From positions 19,838 to 69,299 of the forward strand of contig MU053430.1 in assembly GCA_013239625.1 (NCBI GenBank): a DNA stretch of 49,462 nucleotides. The letters are read 5' to 3'. The position numbers and the translations under genes are program-made. Within the stretch, counting starts at the first letter, position 1; each line of letters starts with the position of its first letter. Under the pieces are notes generated by a model, which was not told the DNA's origin, ran no database searches, and was given only the letters and a program-made list of their open reading frames with translations. Of the stretch, positions 24,857-38,762 are shown in pieces. This stretch comes from Lama guanicoe. Lineage: Eukaryota.

Positions 24857-26338
24857 CTTCACATGCCCTGATTTCAAATCATATTACAAAGACATAGTAA
24901 TCAAAAGAGCATGGCATTGGCAGAAAAATGGAAACATACATCAGTGTAACAGAGTTGAAAGCCCACAATGAAACTCACACCTGTATGTGCAATTAATTTC
25001 TGACAAAGAAGAAAAGAACATACAATGGAGAAAGCAGAGTCTCTTCAATAAATGGAGTTGGAAAAACTGGATAGCCAGGTTTAAAAAAAAAAAAAAAAAG
25101 GAAAGCCAGAGCACTATCTCACACCATACATGAAAATCAACCCAAAATGGGTTAAAAACTTCAGTGTAAGACCTGAAACCATACAACTTCTAAAAGAAAG
25201 CATAGGCACTATGCTTTGTGCATTGGTATTACCAATATTCTTTTGGTAATACCAACCAAGGGAAACAAAAGCAAAAATAAATGAATTGGACTTCATGAAA
25301 CTCAAAAGCTTTTGCACAATAAAGAAAAATATTAATAAAACAAAAAGCAGCTTACTGAATGGCAGAATATATTTGCAAATGACATATCTGATAGGGGGTT
25401 AGTATCCAAAATTTACAAAGAATTCATACAACTCAACATAAAAAACCAAACAGTCCAATTAAAAATGGGCAGAAGACCTGAATAGACATTTTTCCAAAGA
25501 AAAGATACAGGTGGCCATTGGACTCTTGAAAAGATGTTCAACATCACTAATTATTAGAGAAATGAAAATCAAAACCACAATTACCTCACTCCTATTGGAA
25601 TGGCAATTATCAAATAAATAGGAAATAACAAGTGTTGGTAAGAATGTGGAGAAAAGAAAAACCTCACGCACTGTTTCTGGGAATGTAAATTCATGCAGCT
25701 GCTATGGAAAACAGCAGGGAGATTCTTCAAAAAATTAAGAATAGAATTACCACATGACTCACCTTTTCTACTACTGGGTCTTTATCCTAAGAATACTAAA
25801 ACACTAATTCAAAAAGATACATGCACCCTTATGTTCACTAGCATTACTTATAACAGCCAAGATATGGATGCAACCTAATTGCCCATCAATAGATGAATGG
25901 ATATAGAAGATATGGTACATATATACACAATGCAGTATTACTCAGCCATAAAAAGATGAAATTTCACCATTGCCAACAAGATGGATGGACCCTGAGGGTG
26001 TTATGTGAAGTGAAATAAGTCAATGCAGAAAAACAAATACTGTATGATTTCACTCATATGTGGAATATAAAAAAGAAACTGACAAACAAAAAAGCAAAAT
26101 ATATGAATAAACCAAACCAACTAAAAATAAACACGTAGCTACTGAGAACAGAGTAGTGGTTACCAGAGGGGAAGGACAAAATAGGTAACGGTGGGACAAC
26201 TGGATAGTGACATATGGAAAGTATTTTTGGTGATGAGGTCACTGTAGGGCACCAGGAATTAGATGTACAATGTTGTATACATGAAACTTATATAATGTTA
26301 TAGACCAATGTTAATTGAGTAAAAAATTTGAAAAAAGA
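24857..26338 (+). mobile_element. 5'-truncated L1 (L1MA-like ORF2 C-terminus plus 3'UTR)
   Basis: Runs from 'ccctgatttcaaatcatattacaaag' through 'tttcactcatatgtggaat' to an A-rich tail. Confidence 0.93.
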
Positions 26339-26468
26339 AACCTCAGTGAAGTTGCAACTTTTAGAACACTGGACAAGAACTTTAGATGTTTCTGTGAAAT
26401 TATTATTTCTTAGGAAAATTGATAAGGCTTATCAGAAACCATGAGTTCCAACATATATACATTCAAAG

Positions 26469-26520
26469 GTTTTTTTTATAACAGTTTAGTTGAGTTATAG
26501 TCATTTTACAATGTTGTGTC
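26469..26520 (-). mobile_element. Very short antisense L1 3'-terminal fragment
   Basis: 'tagtcattttacaatgttgtgtc' is nearly the reverse complement of the young L1 end at 22141-22163, and is preceded by a T-run. Confidence 0.7.
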
Positions 26521-27009
26521 ACAGTTTTAAGATATAGAAACCAAGACCACAGGTAGCACAGAAAGGTGGCAGAGGTATTATAAGAATGACCTGCAAATCA
26601 CGTGGACAATTGAGTTAACAAGTAACTATTATTAAAACCGAAGAGGATGTGGGTTATGGCTATGTGAGGTGTGCTACTCAAACAAGCTCAACGCCTTTCT
26701 ACTGCTCCAGACACTGGTCAGAATCCTCCATCCATGCTCTGTTACTTACTTTTACTTTTCAGAGTTTTAGCAATGGGTATGGTCATCTGTGAGGCTGTCT
26801 ACAAAGCAACAATGGAAGGACTAAATAAAGTGTAAAGATAACATGAAGAAATATGAACCAGGAGAAGACAAGGTACAGTAGTACAGTATGGTTTAAGAAT
26901 CTCCACAAGTGATGCATTTCTTCCATTTATTCTTAACTTTGAGAACCATAAGAGAGACAGGTGGGGTTACATTAGAATAATGGAAATAAAAATGTAAGTT
27001 AAAGAATTA

Positions 27010-27305
27010 AAAATACAAAGAGACTCACAGACATAGAAAACAAACTTATGGTTACCAAAGAGGAAAGGGAGGGAGAAGGGATCCATTGGGAGTTTGGGAT
27101 TAGCAGGTACAAACTACTATATACAGAATAAATGAACAACATAGCCCTACTATAGAGAACAGGGAGCTGTATTCAATAATTTGCAGTAAACTCTAATGAA
27201 AAAGAACATATATACGTGTGTGTGTGTATAACTGAATCACTATGCTGTACACTAGAAACTACCCAACATTGTAAATCAACTACACTTCAATAAAAAAGAA
27301 AAAAA
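27010..27305 (+). mobile_element. Short L1 3'UTR insertion
   Basis: 'agactcacagacatagaaaacaaacttatggttaccaaag...caacattgtaaatcaactacacttcaataaaaaag'. Confidence 0.9.
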
Positions 27306-27334
27306 GCATGAAAGAAGTAGTAAGTTACTAAGAT

Positions 27335-27945
27335 TTTGTCTCAGTCCCTAACTCCCTTTCTGTACTAAGGCCTGGGATGCTGGTGCTGGGAGTCAGCCAA
27401 TTACCTTTGTCCTTTGCCATCTGGCTCCCTGACAGGTTTCACTGAGGAGGAGGGAAGTGAGGGGTTGGAGGAGGGGATGGGAAGCTAGGGGATGTGCTGT
27501 TCTGGTGAGCTCTGCCCCCAGACACTTCTCACAAGTCAGCAGGTGGTTCCGGTTCCTGGCTTGGTTTTACAGGCCCAAACCCAGCATCAAAGCACCCTCC
27601 AAACTACCAGCCCAGTCAGTACCACCTCCTCAAAGCTCACAGTCTCAGCTCTGCGAGGCTCATTCTCTGAGCTCCTCGGGCACTGTTTGCACAGGCAGCA
27701 TCCTCTCCACAGACGTCTAGGTCTGAGCCCAACAGAACGCTCTCCCTCTCGTGCTAGGTTCCTGGACAACTCCAACCTCTTCATCTCACTCCTCTAGCCC
27801 TAGGGATGATGGCTGCTCCCAATATTTACCTGAGAGTCCCTTTTTGCTCTAACATGTCTTAACCTAATTACCTGTGTAAAATGATTTCCATTACACTAAC
27901 AAATATGGTTTCTGTTTCCCTGACTTCACTTACAACTAGTAGAAA
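27335..27945 (+). mobile_element. Solo ERVL-type LTR (LTR33/LTR16-like)
   Basis: GC-richer island with 'ctagccctagggatgatggctgctccc' and a terminal 'ggtttctgtttccctgact', recalled as LTR33/16 features. Confidence 0.55.
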
Positions 27946-28645
27946 CATTAATCTATTAATTTAATGGATTATATTTGTGTAAGTACTTAACAGCTTTCTG
28001 GCATCAGTATTTAAAAATTTTATTTTTATTTATTGCTTATACATAATATCTATTTTAACTGTTCACAGATAACATGCTAGTTTTTCAAGTTACTCTTTCC
28101 CCAAAGGTTTTATATATAGTACTGTTCATCTGCAAATATATATTTGAAGTCTTCTTATACATAGTTTGTTCTTTTAATTAAATTACACATGGTCCTTAAT
28201 TGTGTTTACGCTTGAATTTGCTAAACTATATAATTTCATCATAAACAATAAAAAAAGGCTGTATTGTCACACATTTTAAATTAGTAAGTCCAGATGATTA
28301 CATCTCAGCTCTAATTCAGATAGATTCTTGGATGGTTACCTATTTTTATTTCTTCTTAAATACAATGATTAAAGATATATATGAACAGAGGAGCATATAT
28401 AACATGTATATAACATCTTTTTCATCCCTATCCCTAAATAAGTTATTTTATATGTGTGTGTGTATATATACACACACATACACATATAGATATATAAACT
28501 TTGAAAATTGAAATCATACTGTTTGTATTTTCCATGCCATGCTTTTTCTTAAGATTGTATTAATAAGAATTATCTATTTTTAATGCAGATAAATGTAGTG
28601 CAATTAGTTTCACTCATCAATAGATGTTCTTTGAGAGAAGATACT

Positions 28646-28843
28646 AATTTACTCAGCAATTATTTTATTGAAAAATATCTTAGGGGTTTGGTTGCTGCTG
28701 CTATAAATGTAGTTAGCCTGGTCACCTCTGCACTGGTATATACATCAAATTTACTCATATTTTATTGAAAAATATCTTAGGGGTTTGGTTGCTGCTGCTA
28801 TAAATGCAGTTAGCCTGGTCACCTCTGCACTGGTATATACATC
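28646..28843 (+). repeat. ~97-100-bp tandem duplication adjacent to the assembly gap
   Basis: 'ttttattgaaaaatatcttaggggtttggttgctgctgctataaatg(t/c)agttagcctggtcacctctgcactggtatatacatc' occurs twice. Confidence 0.95.
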
Positions 28844-28873
28844 GAGGGACCAAAAGCTGGGTCAGAGCAGAGA

Positions 28874-29196
28874 NNNNNNNNNNNNNNNNNNNNNNNNNNN
28901 NNNNNNNNNNNNNNNNNNNNNNNNNNNNNNNNNNNNNNNNNNNNNNNNNNNNNNNNNNNNNNNNNNNNNNNNNNNNNNNNNNNNNNNNNNNNNNNNNNNN
29001 NNNNNNNNNNNNNNNNNNNNNNNNNNNNNNNNNNNNNNNNNNNNNNNNNNNNNNNNNNNNNNNNNNNNNNNNNNNNNNNNNNNNNNNNNNNNNNNNNNNN
29101 NNNNNNNNNNNNNNNNNNNNNNNNNNNNNNNNNNNNNNNNNNNNNNNNNNNNNNNNNNNNNNNNNNNNNNNNNNNNNNNNNNNNNNNNNNNNNNNN
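28874..29196. other. Assembly gap (323 N)
   Basis: N run. Confidence 1.
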
Positions 29197-30499
29197 AGGG
29201 ACCAAAAGCTGGGTCAGAGAATATGGATTTTAAAAAGTTAGTGAAATATTGCCAGATATTTTTCCAAGAAAGTGTGTTAATTTATATTTCCACTATCAAT
29301 GTAAAAGAGATCTTACTAATCCATATTTTTGAAAATATTTCACATTCTCTGACTTTTTAAATTTTTTAAAAAGATATTAATCGGTAGTATTTTGGTGTAA
29401 TTTGAATAGGTATTGATACTTATACCCTCACTTTTAACATGCTGTCATTTACCTCTGTAAATGTCTACTTATAAAGCTACCAGTGTATTTTTATCAATGT
29501 TCTCCTGCAGGGCAAGTTCATCCAGACAGCTTTACTGAAGAGTCTCTCTAGCTGAGTACAAAGGGTGAGCAGGAGTTTGCAAATGGAAAATGGAAAAAGA
29601 AATAATCACAGGACCTCAGTCATAGAGAATGAAACATTCACAAAGAGTACTTTAAATGACTTGAATCCCATGGTGACAGTTTACTCCATATGTGAAGATG
29701 ACACTTTCATGTGATAATTTGTTTATTGGGTCCCTGTGTGAAACAGCATCTTACAGCTTTGAATTAATCCAAGTTGATCATTGCATGAAAAGAAAACACT
29801 TTTGCAAAGTACACACTGTAACATAATCAGGGATAATTTCTAAAATAAAATAAATCTGCACTTGAAATGTCAAATAACCACCTTTAATTACTGTGGTTTT
29901 CTCAAGGCAGTCAGGTCAGAAAAGCAAGTGATTAGTGAAAATGAGGAAATGCAACTTTGCTATTTTTTTCTAATGGGAATAAATGGCATAAATCTTAAAA
30001 GTAAATGACCAATGACTTGATTTTCTTCTCATTAACTCTCCCTTCTACTAGCAAAGTTACCACTGAAAGCAATGGAGAGTCAAGGGATTTACAGCATGAA
30101 AAGTCTAAACATCCAGAAAATGTTTATCTGAATTGAGAACATGTGCATATTGGTACAGGGAAGGGGAGGGAAATTCAGGAGAGAGAGAAAGATGATTAAA
30201 GTTTACTAACTTTGGAAAAAGTATGACAAATTAAAATGTATCTTTCAAAGCCTATGTAAAGTTATTTAAACATCTCAAACAGAAAAACTTTATAGTAACC
30301 TAAACACTTTAACCTAGAGGAAATTATGGAGTGATAAAAAAATTTTTAAAAAGTACTAATACATTACCTTGTACATTTACATGGTTACTTTATACCAACC
30401 TCACTGGCCCTCAAATTAGAATCATTTTTTTTTAAAGTTCTTTGCATCACTTTTGTGTCCCTTCTTTGTCAAAATCACAATCATCTTTTTTTTCCACTA

Positions 30500-31440
30500 T
30501 CATCTTTTATTTGAGTTCATTACTAACTGGTCTCTGAAATTCTGTGCTTGTCAAAGCAATATTTTTAAGACACAAACCATATCACTCCAGTTCCCTGAAC
30601 AGAATTCCTCAGTGGCTGGATATTGATTTGGAATAAAATGTTAACCCCTTCTAAAGCATATAAATTTGTGTGGTCTGCATAATCAGAAAACCTTCTCATC
30701 TATGTGTACAGCATTCCATGAATACAGGGGTATATCTGGACTATTCACTCTTCCTGGATTCCCTTCTGGGAAATCCAACCAGCTATACGGGCTACTAAAG
30801 AGTCATCTTACCTCTCCTTCTTCCTTACCCTGTGTATCTGTTTGGTTAGACTCTTGCTTCAGTGAATCTCCAAGGACTCCCAGAGCCTTCTCTCCTCTTC
30901 ATCCTAACCCAGGGTCCTTAGCTTGTATCATAATATCTGACTAGCAGGTCTCCAGCTTTAAGTCTCCCCTCTAAACCATCATTCACAAGTGCCTCATGAT
31001 GGCCTTTCAGAAAAGCCTATCTGAGTGCACTGGGTCCTGGCCTAGAAGCATTCCCGTGGCTAAGCAGGGCCTCCCCAATGGAGTCCAAACTCTTCAGCAG
31101 GCCCTTAAGACCCTTTGCAAAGATGGCTTGCCATCTTCTGATTCCATGTCCCTGAGCACCTTATGTTCTAGTTATATCAGATTTCACCATCCATTTCTTG
31201 TCACTTTATTGTTTACTTTTCAAAATCCAATTTAAATATAATTCTACAAGTATATTTAATCATTCCTCTCCTGTGTTTCTATAGTATCTTATTTATATCA
31301 CTAACAAAATACCTTTATACTGGGTACTGGTTACTCATATAGCCATTAGTCTCTACTAGTCTATGAACTATGAAGGAAGGGTCTATGTTTTTATTTTTTA
31401 TTTTCTATTAATTTAATAAAACACTTATTGAATGATAGGT
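30500..31440 (+). mobile_element. LINE2 fragments
   Basis: Pyrimidine-rich L2-like text ending 'aataaaacacttattgaatga'. Confidence 0.6.
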
Positions 31441-31499
31441 ATTAGACTATAATATCTCTGAGATTCCTTACTGATATAAATGTCATAAACTTTTATTAT

Positions 31500-34050
31500 T
31501 CCATTCTATTTTAGGAGACAAACCACCCTGTAAATTCGTAAGTTGCCTTTCTAGAAAGCATTTTGGTAATAAAAGTATCAGGAATCTTAAAAAATGCCCA
31601 TTAAATCTGATCCAGTATTTATATTTCAAATAGTCTATAGTAAGGAAATAATCAAAAATATAGTAAAAAAAAAAGCTATCAATATGATGTTCAACACAAT
31701 ATTTCTTAACAGCAGGGAAAATTGGAGTCTAATTTCTTACAACAATCTAATGACTTACTAAATTACAGCACAATCATAAGATGGATTATTATGAGACCAT
31801 CTTAAACAGTTCTTGAATTATAGTAAATGACATAGGAAATACTCATGGTATAACTTTCAGTGGGAAAACATGTATAAAAGTGAATACAGATGCCCAGTCA
31901 AATGGAATGATGAATTCATAGGCTGAGCCTTTCTTCTGCTGAAAACACATAGCAATGAATGGGAACATAAAAGAGAAAATCAAACCAACATTATGTGCTT
32001 TACAAAAAACATGTTAATGTCTCTTTGGACCAGAAACAGCAGAGAAGCCTAAGTTAATAAATAATGTGGGGGTGAGATGTCACGGGATTGTGCACATGGA
32101 GGAGAAGGTAAAGATCTTGGCTTACATGGAAACTGGTGGGGAGAGAGGTCACACAGCAGGGAATGGAACTGGTCTCACCACTGGAAACCCAGAGCTGTGA
32201 CGGGGCCCCACTCATGAAAGGAGGGTAAAAAGAGCTATGGTCCATACACAGCTGTGCATCTAGGGCAGCAACAGCAGACAGATACAGCTTTCCAGGCAAG
32301 ACCTGAGCCAAGTCATTCACTAGCTTAATGACTGAAACTGCAATAACCTAACATGTCCACATGGCAGGACCTTCAGGCAGGCTAAGTCAAAATAATTGAA
32401 AAAATTAAGAGAGTGCAGATGTGTGGGATCAGGGGGCAGCAGAGAGCAAGGGACAAACAGATTGACAGTATCTGTCAAAACTACTCAACTCTTCAGTTGT
32501 AACACAAAAGCAATCATAGATAATTTATAAATGATTGGATGTATATGGCTATGTTCCAATTGAACTTTACAAACAGCCTGCAGGCTGTAAACTTCTGACA
32601 TCTTCTGACATCTGTTTTAAATCAACATTCTAATACCTTAAAGAAAACTAATGAGTAGAAACAAAGCTTACAGCTATTAACAAATGAAAGAAGAAACAAA
32701 AACTATAGAAAATCCAAATAAAATTTTAATGTATTTTTATAAACATCAAAGAGATAAAGAAAAGATAATATTCAAAATAAGAACAAGAAATTATTTAAAA
32801 GTAAACACAGATATGGTAAAAACCATATTATAAATCATAAGAAACAAAAAAATTATCATGATTTTAAGACAATTGCATTGATAATATAAACACCAGGTTG
32901 GACAGAGTCAGAAAGAGAACTAATGAACTGGAAGACATTGTGGAGAAATGCATGAAGGTTATAGCAAAAGGAGTGGGGTAGATTTTAAAAATATAAAAGA
33001 CAATTTAGGAGACACAGACTGTTGGACCAAGTGGCTCCAATATACATCTAAGAGGAATTTCAGGAAAAGCAGAGAAAGTGATGAATACATGAAAAGGTAA
33101 TTGTCAAGAATTCTTAAAAACATTTAGATAGACATCAGTCTTTAAATCAAAAGTTCTAAGTACAGTTCAAGATAATAAATAAATAAACAGATAAATAAAC
33201 AAATAAAGTCATACTACATATATTAAAGCAGAGCCAATGATGAGTAAGGATCAGAAAATTACAAAAGTCAACAAAAATCAAAGACAGATTATCTAAAACA
33301 GATTCAAACACAGATTTATCAGAGATAAGAGATGGCAGAAGAAAAAAAATCTTCAAAATATTGATGAAAATGTGTCAGTCTACAATTATATGTCCAGCAG
33401 ACTAATCATTCAAAAATAAGAAAGAAAATTTTTTACAGTTATTTCCAGAATCAGAACTTATTACCTACCAAGCCTCACTGAGCAAATAACCAAATGAGAA
33501 GGGAAAAATAGGATACAACATTTGTGGTAGAGTCACTAAATATATTGGTAAATGTTATTATTTAAGGATTATAAAATATCAATAATTTTTAAAAGAAAAA
33601 TGATAGTAATAAAAGTCAGGAAAAACATCAGAAGAAAGAAAAGAGTAATCATTAGTTAGAATGTTCTAAAAGTTTCATCTTATTTGGGAAGATAAATATC
33701 ATGAATAAATTTATGACATGTTTTAAAATTATACACTTTCAGAAAATATGTTAATAATTAAGATCAGCCAACAAATTAATAGTAATACTGTCTATAGCTT
33801 TCAAAATGTATTGCAGGAGTCAGGGAGAGAATGTTGACAAAACTTTAAGACAACAGAAAGCCAGAAAAAAGACATAATGTAAACATAAATATATTATCCA
33901 ACTATAGAGCAGGGAATGTAAGAATGGACAAAAATTACAAAAATTGTATGCATCATGGTGTCAATGGAATAATTCGTGTATGTGCAACATATACATACAC
34001 TAGATAAAAACATACCAAAATATTAATCTTATGTTGTTGGACTACAGGAT
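31500..34050 (+). mobile_element. Old L1M/L1ME fragments including an ORF1-like region (~32700-33500)
   Basis: A-rich; 'ctccaatatacatctaagaggaatttcagga' (SNIHLRGI) and 'aattatatgtccagcagactaatcattcaaa' (ILYPAKLSF-like). Confidence 0.6.
32469..32615. mobile_element. MER58-like hAT-Charlie DNA transposon fragment
   Basis: 'aactactcaactcttcagttgtaacacaaaagcaatcataga...ggctatgttccaattgaacttta' matches the recalled MER58A core. Confidence 0.8.
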
Positions 34051-34056
34051 GACAGA

Positions 34057-34934
34057 TGATGGAAGAAATTTTCACATACTCAAATATGGATAAGTCATTC
34101 TGGGTTATATATGATTTGGCTTAAAGTTTATGCTAGCTACAACAGACTGTTGTGAGGCTTTCAAACATGCACTGTACATCTGCTTTAACAGTTAAAGAAA
34201 AAAGTGCATTCAAGAATCAAAATGGATCAGTACCATACTGTTTTAACTACTATAGCTTTGTAGTATACTCTGAAGTCCAGGAGCATGATTCCCTTAGTTC
34301 TGTTCCACTTTCTTAAGATTGTTTTGTCTATTTGTATGCTTTTGTGTTTCCACACAAATTTTAATAATTTATTCTAGGTCTGTGAAAAATGCCCTTGGTA
34401 TTTTGATAGGGATTGCATTGAATCTGTAGACCTCGTTGTGTAGTATGGTCATTTTAACAATACTAATTCTTCCAGTCCCAGAACATGGTATACCTTTCCA
34501 CCCATTTGTGTTGTCTTCAACTTCTTTCATCAGTGTCATTATAGATATGTTCCTGTATTACCAAAAACTTGAATTTTCTGCACTGTAGCAAACTCAAGGA
34601 CACCACCAGTCACTCTCAGAACAATATCTGCTAGTAGTTGCTAGCTGTTACCTCATGGTCTCAAGGTCTCCCCTTGTGACTATGCAACTATTTTGGACCA
34701 ATCTTTGCTTAACAAATACCTTTACTTCTTGTCAGCTCCAATTCTAATTCTTGACAAACAACATATGTAATTTTGCAGTTTTTGCTTGTATAATCCTTCC
34801 CCATTTGTGGTTTGGCAGAATACAATCCAAGTGCTTCTTGACTCTTTGTCTCCCAGGATACAATCCTCAGATTGGCTCAAATAAAACTGTTCTCTGTTCC
34901 TACTGCAAATTGTTTATTGATTATTTCCATTGAT
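34057..34934 (+). mobile_element. Solo ERV1-type LTR interrupted by an antisense L1 piece
   Basis: Starts 'tgatggaagaaattttc'; the U5-like end is 'aatcctcagattggctcaaataaaact...ttattgattatttccattgata'. Confidence 0.55.
34228..34540 (-). mobile_element. Antisense internal L1 ORF2 fragment nested in the LTR
   Basis: 'cagtaccatactgttttaactactatagctttgtagtata...ttttgatagggattgcattgaatctgtaga' is reverse-complement L1 ORF2. Confidence 0.9.
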
Positions 34935-37900
34935 AAAAATAAATATATTTTCTTCTCTACATTTTTCCATGTTGTCTGATGTTCCATACTAAAATGTTAC
35001 TCATTCTAAAATCATAATAAAAAATTATTTTTAAAAAAGCTACTGGTTGCATTTGAATTAAGTTTATAACATCATTTTTTTCTCAAACGAAAATAAATAA
35101 AATCAGACATCTACAATTATAAATGTAAGTGTTCCAAACAAATATAAATCAATACAAATAAATCTATGGCTGATTTTTCCTGTATATGTCTGGGCAAAGA
35201 CATTATTTCAACTTGAACATATAGGTAATGAATTTTAAATATTTTCAAGTCAGATACTGAAGGTGGGGGAGGGCAGAGGATACAGGGAAGTATGTGCATG
35301 AGAACATTCATGCCCAGTTCCAGGAACTTAATTACTCAGTGCTCTGTTCATGTTAAGTCATGTGGCAAGTGGAACGATTTCTACCCAAGAAAGGAACGGG
35401 AACAGAAGGCATCATGGGGCACGATGGCATAAGAAGAGCTGCTCACAGTCAGAACAGGGCACAAGCTGACCAGGCTGATAAACCAACTACACGTCACTGA
35501 GCTCAGGAAGCCAGGGAGCTCCCTGAGGAGCCGGAGAAAGCATGGCAACAATATACATACCAAACACAGCGGATGCTCATATAAAGTGCTAAAATGAGAT
35601 TCAGTTGTCTTATTAAAATGCCAGAGCCATGACACATTATTTCTCGGTCTTTCCTTATAAATAAAAATTAAGTCTGGAAGCAGAAACAGTGACAGAGCCA
35701 GAAGATGGGTGACTTAGGGCTGACAGCTTATCTGTCTTTATCAAAATAATCACACTCTTTATTCTATTTTCCTTATCATAAATAGCCAAAGTCTTTGAGA
35801 TATTTATTATATGGAAAATATTGGGATAAATTCTCTATGTATATCATCTAATTTTCTAAATCTTCTTTAAAATTGTTGCTTCTGAAAAAAAGAATGCTCA
35901 GGCTATTTGAATCTTCGGAAATGAATTATCTAATTTGATCACTTAAAAGGATCATTATTAGGGTACATTTATCAAGGTAGATATTAATGTAAAGTAATTG
36001 TATCCCAAATAACCTCCTATTTGACTCCTATTTACTCAAATCAATGTGTATTTATACCCATCTCATTCCATAAAGGGACATAAGGCAGTTTTATTCTATG
36101 CCTTGTTGATATGAAATGCTGCCTTCATGCTAGATCTTTCCTAGAAATGGGATTTAAATTCCAGATCACAAGATTTCCTTCCTTGTGTCACAAAACATCT
36201 CATTTTTATGAAAAACAATAACAAAAACAAAAACATTTTGGAAAAGCAAAAAATAAGAGGCATAAGTTGTTCTGATTTTTGTCAGTTTTTCAAAAGATCC
36301 CTCAGAGTTTGACAGCCTTGTCAACAGCCATTCAAGCTGCTCTCATTTTACAAGAACAGTAACATGTAATGAGACTATTTCATGATCTAAAGTTTCATTT
36401 CCCCACCTTTACTGTAAGCCCCTCTGAGGCACACGCCATGCTTCTGTTACTCACAGGGCAGCAGGCCTGCATTTCTTGAAGTGAGTTCCACTGACTACAG
36501 CACCTACCAGACACACTGGGAAAAGTGCTCTGCCGTCAAGTGAGCTGGGAACTGCTGCTACCCTTTGTCCAGAGGGCCCTGGAAATTCCTTCAAGCTTAT
36601 CTTAGCCCAGCAGTTCTCATACTCATTTAGCCATGAAATACCCCATTTCTAGGGCACCAAATTGTAACAGCCTATGGACAAACTTGAGAAATGCAGTGCT
36701 GAGTTCATGTAGCAGGTGCTAGTTGAGGGAACGGACCAATCAGAATAGTTCTTCTTATCCCAATATAAAGTATAAACTCTTGGGGTTAAAATCATCACCT
36801 TCTTAACCCTCTGAGGTGCTCAGAAATTGCTAAGATGCTCCTTCAATAAGCGATCATTGCTCGAGAAGACAGACGTGCAGGAGGAAATAGCTCTCATCGG
36901 TGCTGCCTACTCATCCTTTCCACATCCTTTTCCCAGTGGCTGTTTGTCCTCCTCCTTTAGCTCTGATTCTTGTGAGTTAGAAATGTGAGCATTTTCATGA
37001 CTTTATGTAACTATAGCAAGAAAGCATGTAGATATGGAAAGTAAATGAGGTAACATTCCAAAGTGCAGCACCAACCAAAGTAAACATAAATCCCCTGTTA
37101 ATGAGCTCACCATGACACTTGTTTATAAAATCATTTGTGAATGAAATCCTGCTTTGCAAGACTGAATTGATTAAGTGTTAAATATTCTCCAGATACCCCA
37201 GAAATGTCCAGCACTACATCAGAGGTGGCAGTGCAGGAACAGAGAGAGAGGGAGAGAGAGGAATTTCAGAAGGAAATCAAGATAACTGGCAAAATTTTGA
37301 AGTATGATAAATACTACACATGAATGGTTGGGATTTGTATTGCTTTAAGAAATCATACTTAAATGCATAGTAATGTAGCATTACATAAACATAACACAGT
37401 TTTAATTGTTATTTTTAAGAAAACAAGGCAGTCATTCCTGGACTCAATCAATGAGCACTTGTATTAGAGGCTCTAAGGAAGAGTATCTTAATGACAAGTC
37501 TTCACCCTCCCTGGACAGTTGACTGTAACTTTGGGTACCCACATCACCTAGCAGATGCCTATCCAGCATCAGGCCCATAATAAATGCTTAGTGTTTAAGA
37601 ACTACAGGCAAACTACATAATGTTACTATTTTGATTTAAATCCATATAAAAGCATCTGTAACTGGAATATAACGACTCCCTAAATTTGATTATAGATCAG
37701 TATCTTTGGATAAACACTTTAGCACTGGGACTGTATGAATTAAAATATTTTATCATCTTTTTGGTTTCTGGGCAGCAGTAACCAAGCCTCTTCTTCTCAT
37801 CTAGTGAGACATGAAATGAAAATCTCACATAAACTTAGTCACTCCCTGTCTGTACTTAAAAAGATAGAGGCTTAAATAGATAGGTGAGGTGTCTCAACTC

Positions 37901-37949
37901 TATAACAAGAAGAAGCCTCATGAAAAGAAGATAAAAGGGATGAATAAGA

Positions 37950-38146
37950 AAGGTGAAGGGAATTAAGAGGTACAATCTGCCAGTTATAAAATTAATAAGT
38001 CACAGGGATGTAAGGTACAGCATAGGGAATACAGTTAATAATATTGTAATAACTTTGTATGGTATGTAATATATGAAAAAACTGACTCACTAAGTTGTGC
38101 ACCTGAAACTAACATAATACTGTAAGCCAAGTGTACTTCATCAAAA
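37950..38146 (+). mobile_element. Short L1 3'UTR end (L1MA9-like)
   Basis: 'ccagttataaaattaataagtcacagggatgtaaggtacagcatagggaata...cacctgaaactaacataatactgtaag'. Confidence 0.85.
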
Positions 38147-38503
38147 GCAGGGAGGGGATGAAAGGGAGTTTTTTCACCAAAAAAAAATTGTAAACAATTT
38201 GCTTTTATGTATTACTTTTAATTTACAAATTCAAAGAATTTCAAACTCTCTTCAAAATGATTTGATATAAGGCTTTTCAACTAACAATAAAGCATTACAC
38301 ATGCGTGTGTTTTTTGATCAAATATGTGAAAGAAAATATTTTCTTCCCAGGCAAGTTCACGAGCCACAAGTTCCTGGGCAGGTGCACCAAGCGCGGGGTG
38401 GGGGGTGGAATATTTATCTTTTAACAACAACGTGACGGAAGTCTGTCCTCTCACTGAAAATGCATAAATATCAATCATGAGTTGCTTTAACACTGTACAT
38501 TAC

Positions 38504-38626
38504 CTCTCAGGTCTCTCTTTAGTTTTCTGACGTTTTTTTTGAAAATCTTCAAACTTCATCTGTGAGGTCTGAAGAAGGTCCTGGGGTTCAGGCAGTGGAA
38601 ACACACACTGCTCCTTTTCCAGCATC
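38504..38626 (-). pseudogene. FMN2: FMN2 (formin-2) FH2-domain exon copy with two +1 frameshifts
   Basis: ttag|GATGCTGGA...CTGAGAG|gtaatg. With frame correction it reads [40 protein letters not shown], against recalled FMN2 [40 protein letters not shown]. Length is 123 nt versus the 121 implied by the protein; the extra bases are in A-runs near 38615 and 38535. Confidence 0.9.
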
Positions 38627-38762
38627 CTAATCAGCGAGAAGCCCAGAGTGTTCATATAACTGAGAAGAATACAACAGCAGCAGTGACAAAACAATGATAC
38701 ACACTGTCAAATTGCTCACCAGTAAAGAACAACACAACATGACTCAGTGAAAACCGTCTGAC

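Larger units (their letters stand above)
28330..29480 (-). mobile_element. Old L1ME-like antisense fragment spanning the gap
   Basis: 'gaaatattgccagatattttccaagaaagtgtgttaatttatatttccact' and 'gctgggtcagagaatatg' are typical antisense L1ME text. Confidence 0.55.

Noticed and set aside
24599..24877. 92-aa minus-strand ORF
   Set aside because: It starts inside an L1 at a non-ATG codon and I recognise no protein. Kept only as a possible exon-like piece.
28785..29360. ORFs containing X runs
   Set aside because: Artefacts of translating the N gap.
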